From NCBI GenBank assembly GCA_040954595.2, contig CM082590.2, positions 7,626,001-7,690,000 on the forward strand: a DNA stretch of 64,000 nt. Reading direction: 5' to 3'. Both the position numbers and the translations under genes were made by a program. This document shows positions 25,245 through 37,400 of the stretch, piece after piece. This DNA is from Balanoglossus misakiensis. Its lineage: Eukaryota; Animalia; Hemichordata. Positions within the stretch are counted from its first letter, which is position 1, and the number at the start of each line of letters is the position of its first letter. Below the pieces are notes generated by a model, which worked only from the letters and a program-made list of their open reading frames with translations, had not been told where the DNA came from and made no database searches.

Positions 25245-25495
25245 CCTCATGAGCCTTACATGGATTCTCCTCAGAACAATAGGAACTCTTAATTATAACA
25301 ATTGATTATTTTGTTATGCAAAGTTCGCTAGGAAGTGGAACGTGAAAAAGCACATGGAAAACAAACACAGCACGGTTAAACCAGATTCAGAATACCCTCC
25401 AGATATTCTTGTGATGTAGCCTCATGAGCCTTATGGGTTCTCCCCAGAACAATAGAAACTCTTGATTATAACAATTGATTATATTGTTATGCAAA
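25155..25495 (+). repeat. ~175-bp tandem duplication of the ZNF C-terminus and start of its 3' UTR
   Basis: GGAAGTGGAACGT..AAGCACATGGAAAACAAACACAGCACGGTTAAACCAGATTC at ~25155 and ~25331. Confidence 0.9.
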
Positions 25496-26350
25496 TAAGT
25501 TTAAACATTCCTGGAGAGAACACTGGGATATCGATTTCTTCCTATAGGATTGCATGGAGCACCCATGTAAGTTAGAGATGACTGTACACTTTTACATTTT
25601 TATTATTATAAAGAAATGGATTGCCATGAAAATTTCACTAACATTATACAATAGAAAACATTGGGTTTAGACTGAACTATGGTGGTGAAAGGGGTGGTGG
25701 TGGTGATGATGAAAGGGTAAAATGTTTATGAATCTATTTGTTATAAAAATCGTGCCAAATTTTCTTGTTAATTTTATGCAGTACACAGACAACTCAATTT
25801 AGCACCCAATTGTAAGAAAAGGACGACAGTCAAATCTGTCTACAGTGGCCAGCCAAGAGACATTCCTAAACAAATAAACTATTACTAGCTGAATAAATTC
25901 TTGGAATATTTGACAATACTGAATGGTGTTTACAGAAAAGTATTGAAAAGCAATTAGTTTGTTTTCTGTAACTTTAAAACTTGATCATGTAACTAGCAAA
26001 TACAATTGACCTAAAAATCAAAGGTCTGTTTTTTTAAATAAAGGAACATAAGGTACATATAAAAATTGCAGCTTGTTGCAGTGTTGTGTTACATACATAT
26101 TACATTTACATACATACATACACACAGAAACACACATACTACATCAATGAATGAATGAATGAAAGAATAAATGAGTAAAGTTTTAAAATGCCCACAAAAT
26201 GATAAAAAGAACATTTTCAATGCTGAGTATCAACACATGAAATCTAACAGTCCTGGTTAAAATACCTGAAGGATAATATTTTTGCAATATCCTTTACAAA
26301 ATGTGGTGATGTATAAAGTATACTGTTGAATTGTTCAATGTCCGTATTTA

Positions 26351-27288
26351 TTAGCCTTGATACTTTCGCAAGGCCTTGTTTATATCAACAACACAACCTT
26401 TCCATTTTAATTCCCTTTCATGGGGCGGGACGTAGACTGGGAAATACTTGAAGACAGCTTCTTTGATTGCTTCTACACGTCTTGGACTCAGAGGTTCTTT
26501 CTTAAGGCCCCTTCCTGTTCTCCCGGTAACAGTGCGATTGAATCTCTCTTCCGGTTTGAAGACTTTGTAGACTAGCTTCTTCGCGAAGTTCCCGATGGAT
26601 TTTGACTGGAGCAACGCTTCCTGTGCTGTAACTATTGGGATGGTGTACTTCCCTGGTTGTGATGTTGTTGCTGAGGTATGTGTGTAGTTGTCAGAGGTGT
26701 GCGTGTAGTTGTCAGGAGTGTGCGTGTAGTTGTCAGCTGTATGCGTGTAGTTGTCAGCTGTATGCGTGTAGTTGTCAGAGGTATGCGTGTAGTTGTCAGA
26801 GGTATGCGTGTAGTCGAATGTCTGCGAAGTTGCGCTGCTACATGGGAAAGGTATCGGTGCAGGCGAAGATGAAGACGGCGTTACAAGTGGCAGTCGTATA
26901 CCGGTAGACGTTTCGAGGGGCGCGGGCAAAGACGTTGGATTTCCCGGACGAGACACCACTGGTGGTACTGCAGCTGGTTGTGGAGGTAGCAGCATGGCCA
27001 ATCGCGAGACTGCAGACGCTCCTCCTGGACGATGCGACACACATTTCGCAGACGGCACCTGCTGCGTTTCCGGGCGTGGCTTGTTGTTCGAAGTCGGCGA
27101 CAAGCGACGATTCAACGACTTCAAGAAACCTTTCTCGCTCTTCCTCGATGGCTTGCGCAGATACTTCAGAACCGCGTCCACTTTACGTTCCACACGCGCT
27201 TGAGCAGATTCTATTTTATCTCTCCATCTTTCATCGGTTTCCTGTTCACCATATTCCTCTTCAGAACTTTCTGTAGGCTCCCGATTCC
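26351..27288 (-). CDS. Alternative last exon B-BEN4: short coiled coil + DNYTHTx repeats + BEN domain
   Basis: Phase-1 acceptor TTTTTCTGTACACAG|GG; BEN-like C-terminus NFAKKLVYKVFKPEERFNRTVTG...LSPRRVEAIKEAV...WKGCVVDINKALR. Confidence 0.8.
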
Positions 27289-27457
27289 CTGTGTACAGAA
27301 AAAAATCAGAACAGTACAGCAATAGACTTGTCAATATATATACATGTACATGTATGTGATTTCATAGTTAACAGGTACCTACAGCATGAATGTACAGAAC
27401 CAGTTCAACACAACACACCCGCACACACATGCACACACACACACACACACATTATTA

Positions 27458-27641
27458 CAGTATAACCTGTCTAAACCCAACCCAGTCCAATCTGGAAACC
27501 TGTCTATACTGAACACATTTTCCTGTCCCTTTGACGAACACATAGAACCACATGTTAAAAGAACCTCTATAAACCAGACACCTCTGCAAACTGAACAGTT
27601 TCTTCAGTCCCCATGGTGTTCGGTTTAGACAGGTTTTACTG
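27458..27641. mobile_element. Tc1/mariner-pogo-type MITE, 184 bp
   Basis: TA-CAGTATAACCTGTCTAAACC ... GGTTTAGACAGGTTTTACTG-TA. Confidence 0.85.
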
Positions 27642-28021
27642 TATCAGTACAGTTATTTAGGTTCTAGTATACAACTCAAAGACAGCTTCTATTACAAATT
27701 GATTCCATAAAAACTATAACTGGTTTATTACTATTGGCAGTTAATGAACAAGCTGTCCATTGTGAAACCAGTATTTGCAAGAAGCTATCGTCAAACTGAT
27801 TTCAAAGCAATGATCAGTTTGATAATGGTATAACACAAACAGTATTTTGTTTAGTTATTACATGATACAGTCTTAGGAAATTAGCCAAACAGCATAAAGA
27901 TATAGCTCATAATATGGTTTCAAATTGTATGAAAAAATCTCTTATCTTGAATGTTTAAAAAATACTATCAAAAATCTCCATGAATGCATGCACTGCTTAT
28001 TTCTTCTTCTTTATTGGAGAG

Positions 28022-28797
28022 TCATGCACACTCTATCGCAGGAAAAGGGCCATTCTTTTTCTCCCACGCAAGAATCTCATTTCTCAAGGCACTATTAACG
28101 CAATCACGGGCTTCTCTCCACGCCTTTTCGATCTCCGACGCCGGCGCCGGATACTCTCGGAACACGATCTGCCGGATGGTTTCAACCGTCGTCTGACACA
28201 AGGCGGCCTTCTTCCGGAAGGTGCTGCTCCCGAACAAATTCCGACCGAGTCTCTCCTTCTTGGTGAAGGCGAAGAATACCAATTCTTTCGCGAAATGTCC
28301 GCGGTGTCGCGATCTGGCCTTGATGATCTTGATCTGTTCGGGGTCGTTTAGTCCGCGAATGTTGCCCACAGCTGCTGTTGGGTTGGAGGGCGTTTCCATT
28401 CCCTGGCTCGAAGCAAACACAGGTGTTCCCACTCCCTGGCTTAGAGCGATCGCGTGCGGTGGCACCCCCTGGCTCGAAGCGATCACGTGCGGTGGCACCC
28501 CCGGGCTGGAAGCAATCGCGGATGGAATCCAAATCTTCTTTTCCGATTTTTCCATTTTCTTCACCGTTTTCGTCAAATCCGCCACCAACACGCCCAGCTT
28601 CACGACCATACTTTTGACACTGTCGCACCCCCTGCATTGAGATTCCTCACTCTCTGCTTCGTTCTCTCCGAGTAACATTCCCTGTAACTGCTCCAACACG
28701 GGGGTGCCCACCTGCAACGACGTCCAACATCTATCTTGTGCTTTCTCAGTTACTGAAGTGGGCGTTTCTGTTGTTTTGTCAGTTGCGGTGTGGACCC
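28022..28797 (-). CDS. Alternative last exon B-BEN3 (BEN domain; tandem copy 3)
   Basis: Phase-1 acceptor TTTCTTTGTCTTTCTGCAG|GG in frame; HFAKELVFFAFTKKERLGRNLFG...VETIRQIV...WREARDCVNSALR; a 4-bp insertion truncates the basic tail. Confidence 0.8.
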
Positions 28798-29040
28798 CTG
28801 CAGAAAGACAAAGAAATCCTAGTAGATATGTTCCCAGACTGCCGGCTGTACATACATATTCATCATCCTATTAATATTCATTACAATTTACTTAAAGGTA
28901 AATGGTCACCTATGCAACCTTAGCTACAGTAACCATGGTAAATTGACGTCTAATTAATATTCATTGACGTTTACATATTCATTGCCAAATGCAATTCTTC
29001 GGTCGACCAATTGACCTCTCTACATGAATGCATGCACTGT

Positions 29041-29837
29041 CTATTTCTTCTTCGTTTTTGGAGAGTCACCCTCTATCGCGGGAAATGGGCCATTCTTTTT
29101 CTCCCACTTAAGAATCTCCTGTCTCAGTGCACAGTTGACGCAATCGCGGGCTTCTCGCCACGCCTTTTCGATCTCCGACGCAGGGGCTGGGTACTCTCGG
29201 AACACGATCTGCCGGATGGTTTCAACCGTCGTCTGACACAAGGCGGCCTTCTTCCGGAACGTGCTGCTCCCGAACAAATTCCGTCCGAGTCTCTCCTTCT
29301 TGGTGAAGGCGAAAAATACCAGTTCTTTCGCGAAATGGCCGCGGTGTCGCGATCTGGCCTTGATGATCTTGATCTGTTCGGGGTCGTTCAGTCCGCGTAT
29401 GTTGCCCACGCCTGCTGTTTGGTTGGAGGGCGTTTCCATTCCCTGGCTCAGAGCAATCATGGGCGTTTCCACCCCCTGGCTCGAAGCAAACGCAGGTGTT
29501 CCCACTCCATGGCTTAAAGCGATTGCGTGCGGTGGCACCCCCGGGCTCGAAGCAATCGCGGAGGGAATCCAAATCTTCTTTTCCGATTTTTCCATTTTCT
29601 TCACAGTTTTCGTCAAATCCGCCACCAACACACCCAGCTTCACGACCATACTTTTGACACTGTCGCACCCCCTGCATTGAGATTCCTCACTCTCTGCTTC
29701 GTTCTCTCCGAGTAACATTCCCTGTAACTGCTCCAGCACGGGGGTGCCCACCTGCGATGACTTCGCACATCTATCTTGTGCTTTCTCAGTTACCGAAGTG
29801 GGCATTTCTGTTGTTTTGTCAGTTGCGGTGTGGACCC
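29041..29837 (-). CDS. Alternative last exon B-BEN2 (BEN domain; tandem copy 2)
   Basis: Same phase-1 acceptor, in frame with ORF 29041..29805; own stop after PKTKKK. Confidence 0.8.
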
Positions 29838-30080
29838 CTGCAGAAAGACAAAGAAATCCTAGTAGGTATGTTCCCAGACTGCCGGCTGTACATACATATT
29901 CATCATCCTATTAATATTCATTACAATTTACTTAAAGGCATACGGTCACCTATGCAAACATAGCAACAGTTACCATGGTAAATTGAGGTCTAATTAATAT
30001 TCATTGACGTTTACATATTCATTGCCAAATGCAATACTTCGGTCGACCAATTGACCTCTCTACATGAATGCATGCACTGT

Positions 30081-30976
30081 CTATTTCTTCTTCTTTTTTG
30101 GAGAGTCACACTCTATGGCGGGAAACGGGCCATTCTTTTTCTCCCACTTAAGAATCTCCTGTCTCAGTGCACAGTTGACGCAATCGCGAGCTTCTCGCCA
30201 CGCCTTTTCGATCTCCGACGCGGGGGCCGGGTACTCTCGGAACACGATCTGCCGGATGGTTTCAACAGTCGTCTGACACAAGGCGGCCTTCTTCCGGAAC
30301 GTGCTGCTCCCGAATAAATTCCGTCCGAGTCGCTCCTTCTTGGTGAAGGCGAAAAAGACCAATTCCTTCGCGAAATGGCCGCGGTGTCGCGATCTGGCCT
30401 TGATGATCTCGATCTGTTCGGGGTCGTTTAGTCCGCGTATGTTGCCCACGCTTGCTGTTTGGTTTGAGGGCGTTTCCAATCCCTGGCTCGAAGCATTCGT
30501 GGGTGTTCCCATTCCCTGGCTTAAAGCGATCGCGTGCGGTGGCACCCCCTGGCTCGAAGCAAACGCAGGTGTTGGCACCCCCTGGCTCGAAGCAAACGCA
30601 GGTGTTCCCACTCCCTGGCTTAAAGCGATCGCGTGCGGTGGCACCCCCTGGCTCGAAGCAAACGCAGGTGTTGGCACCCCCGGGTTCGAAGCAATCACAG
30701 ATGGAATCCAATTCCTTTTTCCCGATTTTTCCATTTTCTTCACCGTTTTCGTCAAATCCGCCACCAACACACCCAGCTTCACGACCATACTTTTGACGCT
30801 GTCGCACCCCCTGCATTGAGATTCCTCACTCTCTGCTTCATTCTCTGCGAGTAACATTCCCTGTAACTGCTCCAGCACGGGGGTGCCCACCTGCGATGAC
30901 GTCCCACATCTATCTTGTGCTTTCTCAGTTACTGAAGTGGGCGTTTCTGATGTTTTGTCAGTTGCGGTGTGGACCC
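30081..30976 (-). CDS. Alternative last exon B-BEN1 (BEN domain; tandem copy 1)
   Basis: Phase-1 acceptor TTTCTTTGTCTCTCTGCAG|GG in frame with ORF 30081..30890; own stop after PKKKKK. Confidence 0.82.
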
Positions 30977-31095
30977 CTGCAGAGAGACAAAGAAATCCTA
31001 GAAGGGGTCAAGAAAATGGCCTCTTTCCTGACAACCCTGTTTGACATGTCATGAGTCAGTGTTAGCATGAGATATAGGGTGAATAACGCCCATAC

Positions 31096-33439
31096 CTGTG
31101 AAATATGTACTGTGCTGGTCGACTCCTGCTTGTCTGTTGCCATGGTCACCACTTGTGTTCATCACTTCAATGCGAGAATGTCGTCCGTCAGCAGAAGTGG
31201 ATGCCATCAACTTTTCAGCAGCAATCTGCAAGAAAATGTTAATAGATCAAGATTGGTGTTGAATATGCTATGTACATTCGGTTGCGCTCACAGTCAACAC
31301 TTTGACTGCACAAATTCAAGCATAGATACAGTAGTCATTCAGACACACATTTCTATTTATATACTTAATGGTATATTCATACAAACTACATACAAACATA
31401 TGGTGCATAACCACCCATACATAGATAGTCGCCATTTTCCTTGATCAACAAACACTTTTTCCAACACATGTGTGTTCTTTTATTTTGATACAAATTAAAT
31501 AAAACATCAAACATTTTTACAAAACATGAAAAAACCCCTCAAAAGCTGAAACTTGGAACTCGTTAACTAAGGTTTTTGGATGATTGGTCCTGATACAGTT
31601 TTTGGTGAATGTCAGAATGGAATTTGGGGCTCTGTAAAAACTGAGGAAAATGGTTGTTATATGCTGGCTAATCTTTTTAGCTGGTGTCCCCTTCGCCCGT
31701 TTCAAGGTGTTTGGTACAGTGCCTCGTTTTCGGCACCGATAGCGGATGTCGTCGTTTGAACGCGCGAAGCCATCCGCCAGAAGCCTTGAAATCGGATCGC
31801 CCTAGCAACCGTCTCGCCTGGAGCTGAAGTCCACGGCCGGTGCAGGGTTCCCCGTTCTCCCGGCGATCCTCCAGCCACTGAACCATGGAACGTTCCAGCG
31901 CCGGATCGGTAACCCTCCGCCCGGCACCGGGCAATCGCCGCGCCTCCATCCCACCAGCGCGCAGTTGACCTTTGACCTTGATCCACTGGCGGACTTGCGT
32001 CTCGCTGATCCCGAAGTGGCGTGCGGTTTTCCTGTTGTTGTTCCACTCTAACGCCTTGTCGACAACTTCTAACTTGAAAGCTATGTTGTAAGACGCACGG
32101 CGAGATGACTGAGATGGTTCATTTTGAAGTCAAGACAGAGAAGAGACAGTTTAGGAGAGCCCCTTGACTGGCCACTATAGAACAGGTTTGACTGTTTTTA
32201 ACTGTCACAGTACATCACAAGTAATCTGTTTTGACATACCTCCGCTTTGCTTGGTGTCTTGTCTCCTTTCTTTTTGGTCAGCTTTTTCAATGTGGTAGGG
32301 GTGACTGTCTTTTCCAGCTGAAACAAACATATCAAATGTATGTTAGTGTTTAGTGTAGCCATGTGATGGATATTCTGGCCAATAAAATAAAGCTAAGATG
32401 TATACAATCAATATGAACCATTATACTCAGCAAATTCTTTACTATCAATCTTGTGATCTGGCCATGTGTCCCACGACATTGTCATTTCCAAGTGACGGGC
32501 AACAATATTTCGGCATCCAGTCAAAGTTTTTCCGAGTATGTGTTTACTTTAGAACCGCCAGACACATAACATGTATTGGGCAAAGTTCCTCATCAGCCTC
32601 ATGGAGTTTCAGCTGCACAGTGTCCAACCATACCACGGAAAACAATGTAGAGTGAACCATGGTGGTGAAAGGGTTAAAATTCATTAAAATTTACCTGTGT
32701 AGTTTTGGCTTCCTCACTTGTATCACTGAGACCCTCTTCCTGGTCGAGTTGATTTTGTAGAGCTTCTAATGAAGCCTTGTTATCTGGGGGGGAAAAAACA
32801 ACAAAAAACTCTGTAAATAGTGCCAGTGACACTAGATATTATTCAAAAGTGGAGTATGGACAGTGTGCATCCTTAAAGGGACAAAGTCTCTCTCTCGCTG
32901 CCCCTTTTCCATTAATTATGTTTGATACAAGACACCGTTAATGTTATTCTACATGTGGATATATAGTGAATCAACATTCAACCACACACAACTTCCATCC
33001 CACTTGTAGACACGAGAGTGAAAAACTCGCCAAACTGAATCATCAGTCTCTACCATTTATTCATTTTGGGCGAGTTTTAACTCTCCATACAAGCGGGATG
33101 GATGTTGTGTGTGGTTGAACGTTCATTCACTACATATACACAATGTACATTAACACAAACTCTGTCGTGTATCAAACATAATTAATGACAAAAAAACAGT
33201 GAGAGAGAGACTTTGTCCCTTTAACCCTTTCATGGAAGATGAAAAAAAACTTTAGAATAATTGCCTACCTGAGGTGTTTATAACTGTGACGTATAACAAC
33301 TTGGACTTCTTCCATCCTGATTCCTTCCACTGAACAGACGCCCTTGCGCCTTTGGTGAGACGACTTTCTTCGAATACGTCCGAGGCAAGGACTGCAGTTT
33401 TCTTGTCAACTTCAAAGCGAATCAATGCATAGCCAGGAA
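31096..33439 (-). CDS. Internal exons feeding the BEN cassettes (BEND5-N-like beta domain + linker)
   Basis: Exons 33439-33269 (VPGYALIRFEVDKKTAVL...VQWK...VTVINTS), 32783-32695, 32317-32240 and 31225-31096; all GT-AG, phases 1/1/0/0/1 consistent and stop-free. Resemblance to the BEND5 N-terminus is from memory. Confidence 0.75.
31677..32108 (-). CDS. Alternative last exon: Brinker-type DBD + CENP-B/Tc5 HTH (pogo-derived, no DDE domain)
   Basis: RRASYNIAFKLEVV...TARHFGISETQVRQW then LERSMVQWL...FKASGGWLRAFKRRH; first AG after the pyrimidine tract (CTCAG|TCA) is phase 0, matching the donor at 32240; minus-strand AATAAA at 31479-31484. Confidence 0.72.
   Translation of the reverse strand, partial: SSRRASYNIAFKLEVVDKALEWNNNRKTARHFGISETQVRQWIKVKGQLRAGGMEARRLPGAGRRVTDPALERSMVQWLEDRRENGEPCTGRGLQLQARRLLGRSDFKASGGWLRAFKRRHPLSVPKTRHCTKHLETGEGDTS
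32877..33220. mobile_element. Kolobok-type MITE, family K1
   Basis: TTAA-AGGGACAAAGTCTCTCTCTC ... GAGAGAGAGACTTTGTCCCT-TTAA. Confidence 0.9.
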
Positions 33440-34493
33440 CTGAAAGTAAAGATGGAGAATTGCTTTGTGTAGCAGGCTATAGATGTATTTTTTTCTTACA
33501 CAAGAATGCATGCTGCTAGTCTATTATCCAGCTGTGATTTGCCTGCTTTGCTTCCAGAACTAACACCTAGCCTTAACCATGCTACTGGCCCAATAAATTA
33601 AAGCCTGACACCCCTTGCTGGGAATCGCCTCCTTTGAAGTTATTCAACGCTTCTGCTGTCGTGCTACGCTCTTGTAAATCGCAGTAGTCATTAGAATGAC
33701 AAGGGAGTGGTTTAAGAGAATCGGTTTGGCTGATTTGCCTGCAAACACCCAACATGTTTGTCTCGATCATACTCATGCATCTACAAATGCAATCTGAATA
33801 CTTTAGCAGTTTTCAAGTGAGAAGACAAAAAAACAGGGTAGACAGGACAAGAAGTGAATACACTGTATATAATGGTAACTTAGATTTATGTTATAATAAA
33901 CATTTTAAAAGTATTACTATTTTTCATTTTTGAAACAGTTGATAACACTAACAGGGAAATACGGAACTGACAAACATAACAATACTGGCTTTGCTATGAA
34001 ATATAAGTGAACACTTGAACTGGCAACAACGAAATTCAGTTAACTCAACATCTTAATTCTTAGGTGACTCAAGAAAAATGTCCACACTACATGCAAACCT
34101 GTATCGGGCTGCCTCAGGGAATGTTTAAGAAATCCTCAAATTGACTCAAAGCTTTTAAAAGTTATGTTTGTTAACCTTTACACTACCAAGTCAGTTAAAA
34201 CTGGTGTGATTCCCAGGGTGCCCAGAATCCTGGCTCCCAGGCCCGTAATAGGCTGCCAAGTGTGTGTTATTCGGTAGGGCCTATTCAAGACCCTCAGACC
34301 AATAGAGTACAGGGGGCTCAGACTGCCAATTGTGTCTAAGTACGTATGAGAGCCATGTCAAGACAGTCAAAATACGTTTTAGAAGAAAAAGTGGCAAATA
34401 CGTATTTTAAGGGACTTGACACTCTAAACAGGTAAGACACCCAGTAGCATTAGGGTTAAAGTAAAGGGCACACTGGTGATACTGTTCATGTTT

Positions 34494-37400
34494 TTATGTG
34501 CTGTCGGTTGCATGATGTAAGTCTGAGGTCGGGGGTACGTCTGCATTTTTCAGTTCTGCGACACGGGTCTTTTCAGCTGAACGGTAAGTTTTCTTTCCGC
34601 TGAGATTCGCGGCTTGCGCCATCGTTTTCATCAGACCCCTGAGGGAGTTGATGCCCAGTCTCTGATTCTTGTACCAGTTTCTCTGCCCGTACGCTTTGTA
34701 GTTTCTGGAGAGGTAGAGTGGGCTATCCGCAGTCTGCATAGCATCTGGACGTACTTCAACAAACCTCTTATAAGTCGCTACAGGACAGCGTTCCGGGTTC
34801 GACTTATCTTCGTAAATTCTAGGATTTTTTTTTCTAACGATTTCTCCTTTTTTCGTTTTTATCTCTATCTCGTTGTTGTATTCAATGTATTTAACGGTTT
34901 TGCCGTCGATGACTTCGTTGCCCTCGACGATATCGCGAAGCTTCAGGCTGTACTGCTCCTGGGGACCTTGTAATCCGAACTTGGTCGTGAAGAACCACCA
35001 CACAGCGTTCTGAAGTGCAGCCGGGCCCTGCAAACCCATTTGTCCTGTGTTATAAAGTTCGTCGACCTCGTCAGCGGTTAGAGGTTCACTCCTATTGGGC
35101 GTGTTCCCCTTCCCCATCGCTTTCAGTCGCCGTTTCTTAGCAACAAGGACACGCCTAGTTCCATCGAACAGAGCATCGGTTTTCACACGCCACTGATAAT
35201 TTTTATCGCGCAGTTCTCGATCGATCGAGTTAAAGAAACTGTGTAATGAATCAGGCTCGTATTCGGTTCCGTCTTGTCTTCTGGTTGTGTAGAAGTACTT
35301 GATTAACAGTTGGTCCAGTTCCTGGGGTGGGATCTGATGGATTTCGCGACGCTCGGACTGGGTCGAGTTCAGCCACGTTCGAAGCTGGTTCATGTCATTT
35401 CGTATTTTTCTGGCGGTGTTCTTCGCGATTTTGTGCTTAGAAGAATTTGGCCCATTTGTGTCGTGTTGACGATCAGCGTCCGACTGTAGGACCCAATGCT
35501 GTGATGTTTCATAACCTGGAAAGTAAAACTCATTGTCAAGAAGATCGGAGAGGAAGTGTTCGGCCATGTTGTACAATGCTGGAATAGGCTTATAGCAGGC
35601 GACAAACCATGGGCAAATCGTACCAGCAATCAGTTTTGTCATCTCCGATACGCGAAAACGCCATGCAGTCCCCCAGTATGTGGTCTTCCTATGTCTGGGC
35701 AAGTTTCCATCGGTTGCATTTGGGTTCAGGCGTTGCTGTATCTCTCCAAGTACACAGCATAGCGATTGTTCTTAGTGGCATGGGCGGGTCTTTTAACATC
35801 ACGGTAGGCATCATAAAAATGATGATCATGTTTCAGGCTAGCTTCGACAACTAGCTCACTCTCAATATTTATCTGGTATATTTCTTGGACCAGGGGGATT
35901 ATTCGGTGTAAACGATCTTGGGTTGAAACTGGCTGTGTCTCTATTATTCCAACCTACAGGGGAGGGAAGTGAATCTCCACGCAGCTCCGGTACATCCCCT
36001 GCCTTGCCCACGTCCCTCGGCCATGCCCCCTGCCACACCCACATACCCTACCACGCCCGCGGTCCCCTCTTCTGCCAGGCTGGCCTTCAGGGTTCAAAGG
36101 GTTAACGAAGCAAGCTTTTCAGAAGTAGTACTTTTTCAATCAGCTAGTTATTTTATATAAACAACTCTGCACGCGCACCACAATGAAAGTACCGGTAGTT
36201 CCGGTCACAGTGGAAATATATTCTGTATCTTCACCAGGTAAAAATACGGGGTTATTTCTTCACTGTGGATAATACTTCACTGTGGATTTTTTATCTTCAA
36301 TATAGTTGAAATCATAACAGCTCTAGGACCGTCACCCCCTGGATTTTACCCAGTAGGCACCTGAGCCAACCATATCCCTAACATTAGCCCTAACTGGTGC
36401 AGGTGGTAAAAACCCAGGGGGTAACCGCCTTGATACCATCACATCAGGACACAACTTACCTGGTTCCAAATCAGAGTCATCGATAACCACAGGAGATAGT
36501 GCAGAGACATCCTCATTTTGTAGAATTTCTGTTCCGGCGTCGGAATTGTCAACGTCTGACCCAACTTCCCGATCAAACGAGGGTGGATCCAGCAGTCTAG
36601 CTAGTGGTACCTCGTTAACAATGTCATGCTCTGTAAAAACAATAGGTTTAATTAAATGCATAAGGTCAGCTGAGGTTTCCATAGATGCTGTTAAATTTAT
36701 TTCCCAGAAAAACTTTCTAGTGTCTCCAATCCAGGCAGTACACACTTTGAAAATCAGTCTGAGCTTATTCTCAGGTTTTGTTCAAAGCAACCTTGCAATA
36801 TTTACTGTTGAAACTGAGAATAAAAATTGGGAGCCACAATTTTGAAAGAAAAAGCCAAAGTTGGCTCTAACCTGGAATTCAAAATTGCTATCCACACGAT
36901 TAAAGGGAATATGACCGTCTTATGCGCATGTGCCAAACCAGAGACTCTTGTTACAAAAACTGTCCAGTCAATGCCATAAGGCAGTGTGGTGTCCTAACAA
37001 TGGACAAAACTATGCATAAGCACATAAGACGATCGTCCCTCTTTAACATGGGGAAAGTAGTGATCTTTAAGAAACAAGATGGCCACTAGACTCATCCACA
37101 TCCTCTCTTAGACGATGTTTCACTGACTTACCATTTGCTGTTATGAAATTTGCAGTTTCCTCTTCATCTTGCGTTCCAGTTGGACGAACACTGCCCTCAG
37201 TGCCAGCCTGTACACTTGTTCCTTGGCCACCCTGGTGTCGACCTGACCGTCTAAGAAGGCGCTCTTTTGACCCACTGGCGACTGAGACATTGATATTCTG
37301 TGCGGTCTGGTCTCCATGATGTGGAACATTCTCTGCTACAACTCTGTGAATCGTTTCGTCCGTGACGCTCATGTCCAGATCGTCAATGTCTGAATCAGTT

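Noticed and set aside
33573-34459. Possible piggyBac-like non-autonomous element (TTAACC..ATGCTACTGG ends)
   Set aside because: The TIR match needs a 3-bp gap and no second copy is visible; too weak to call.
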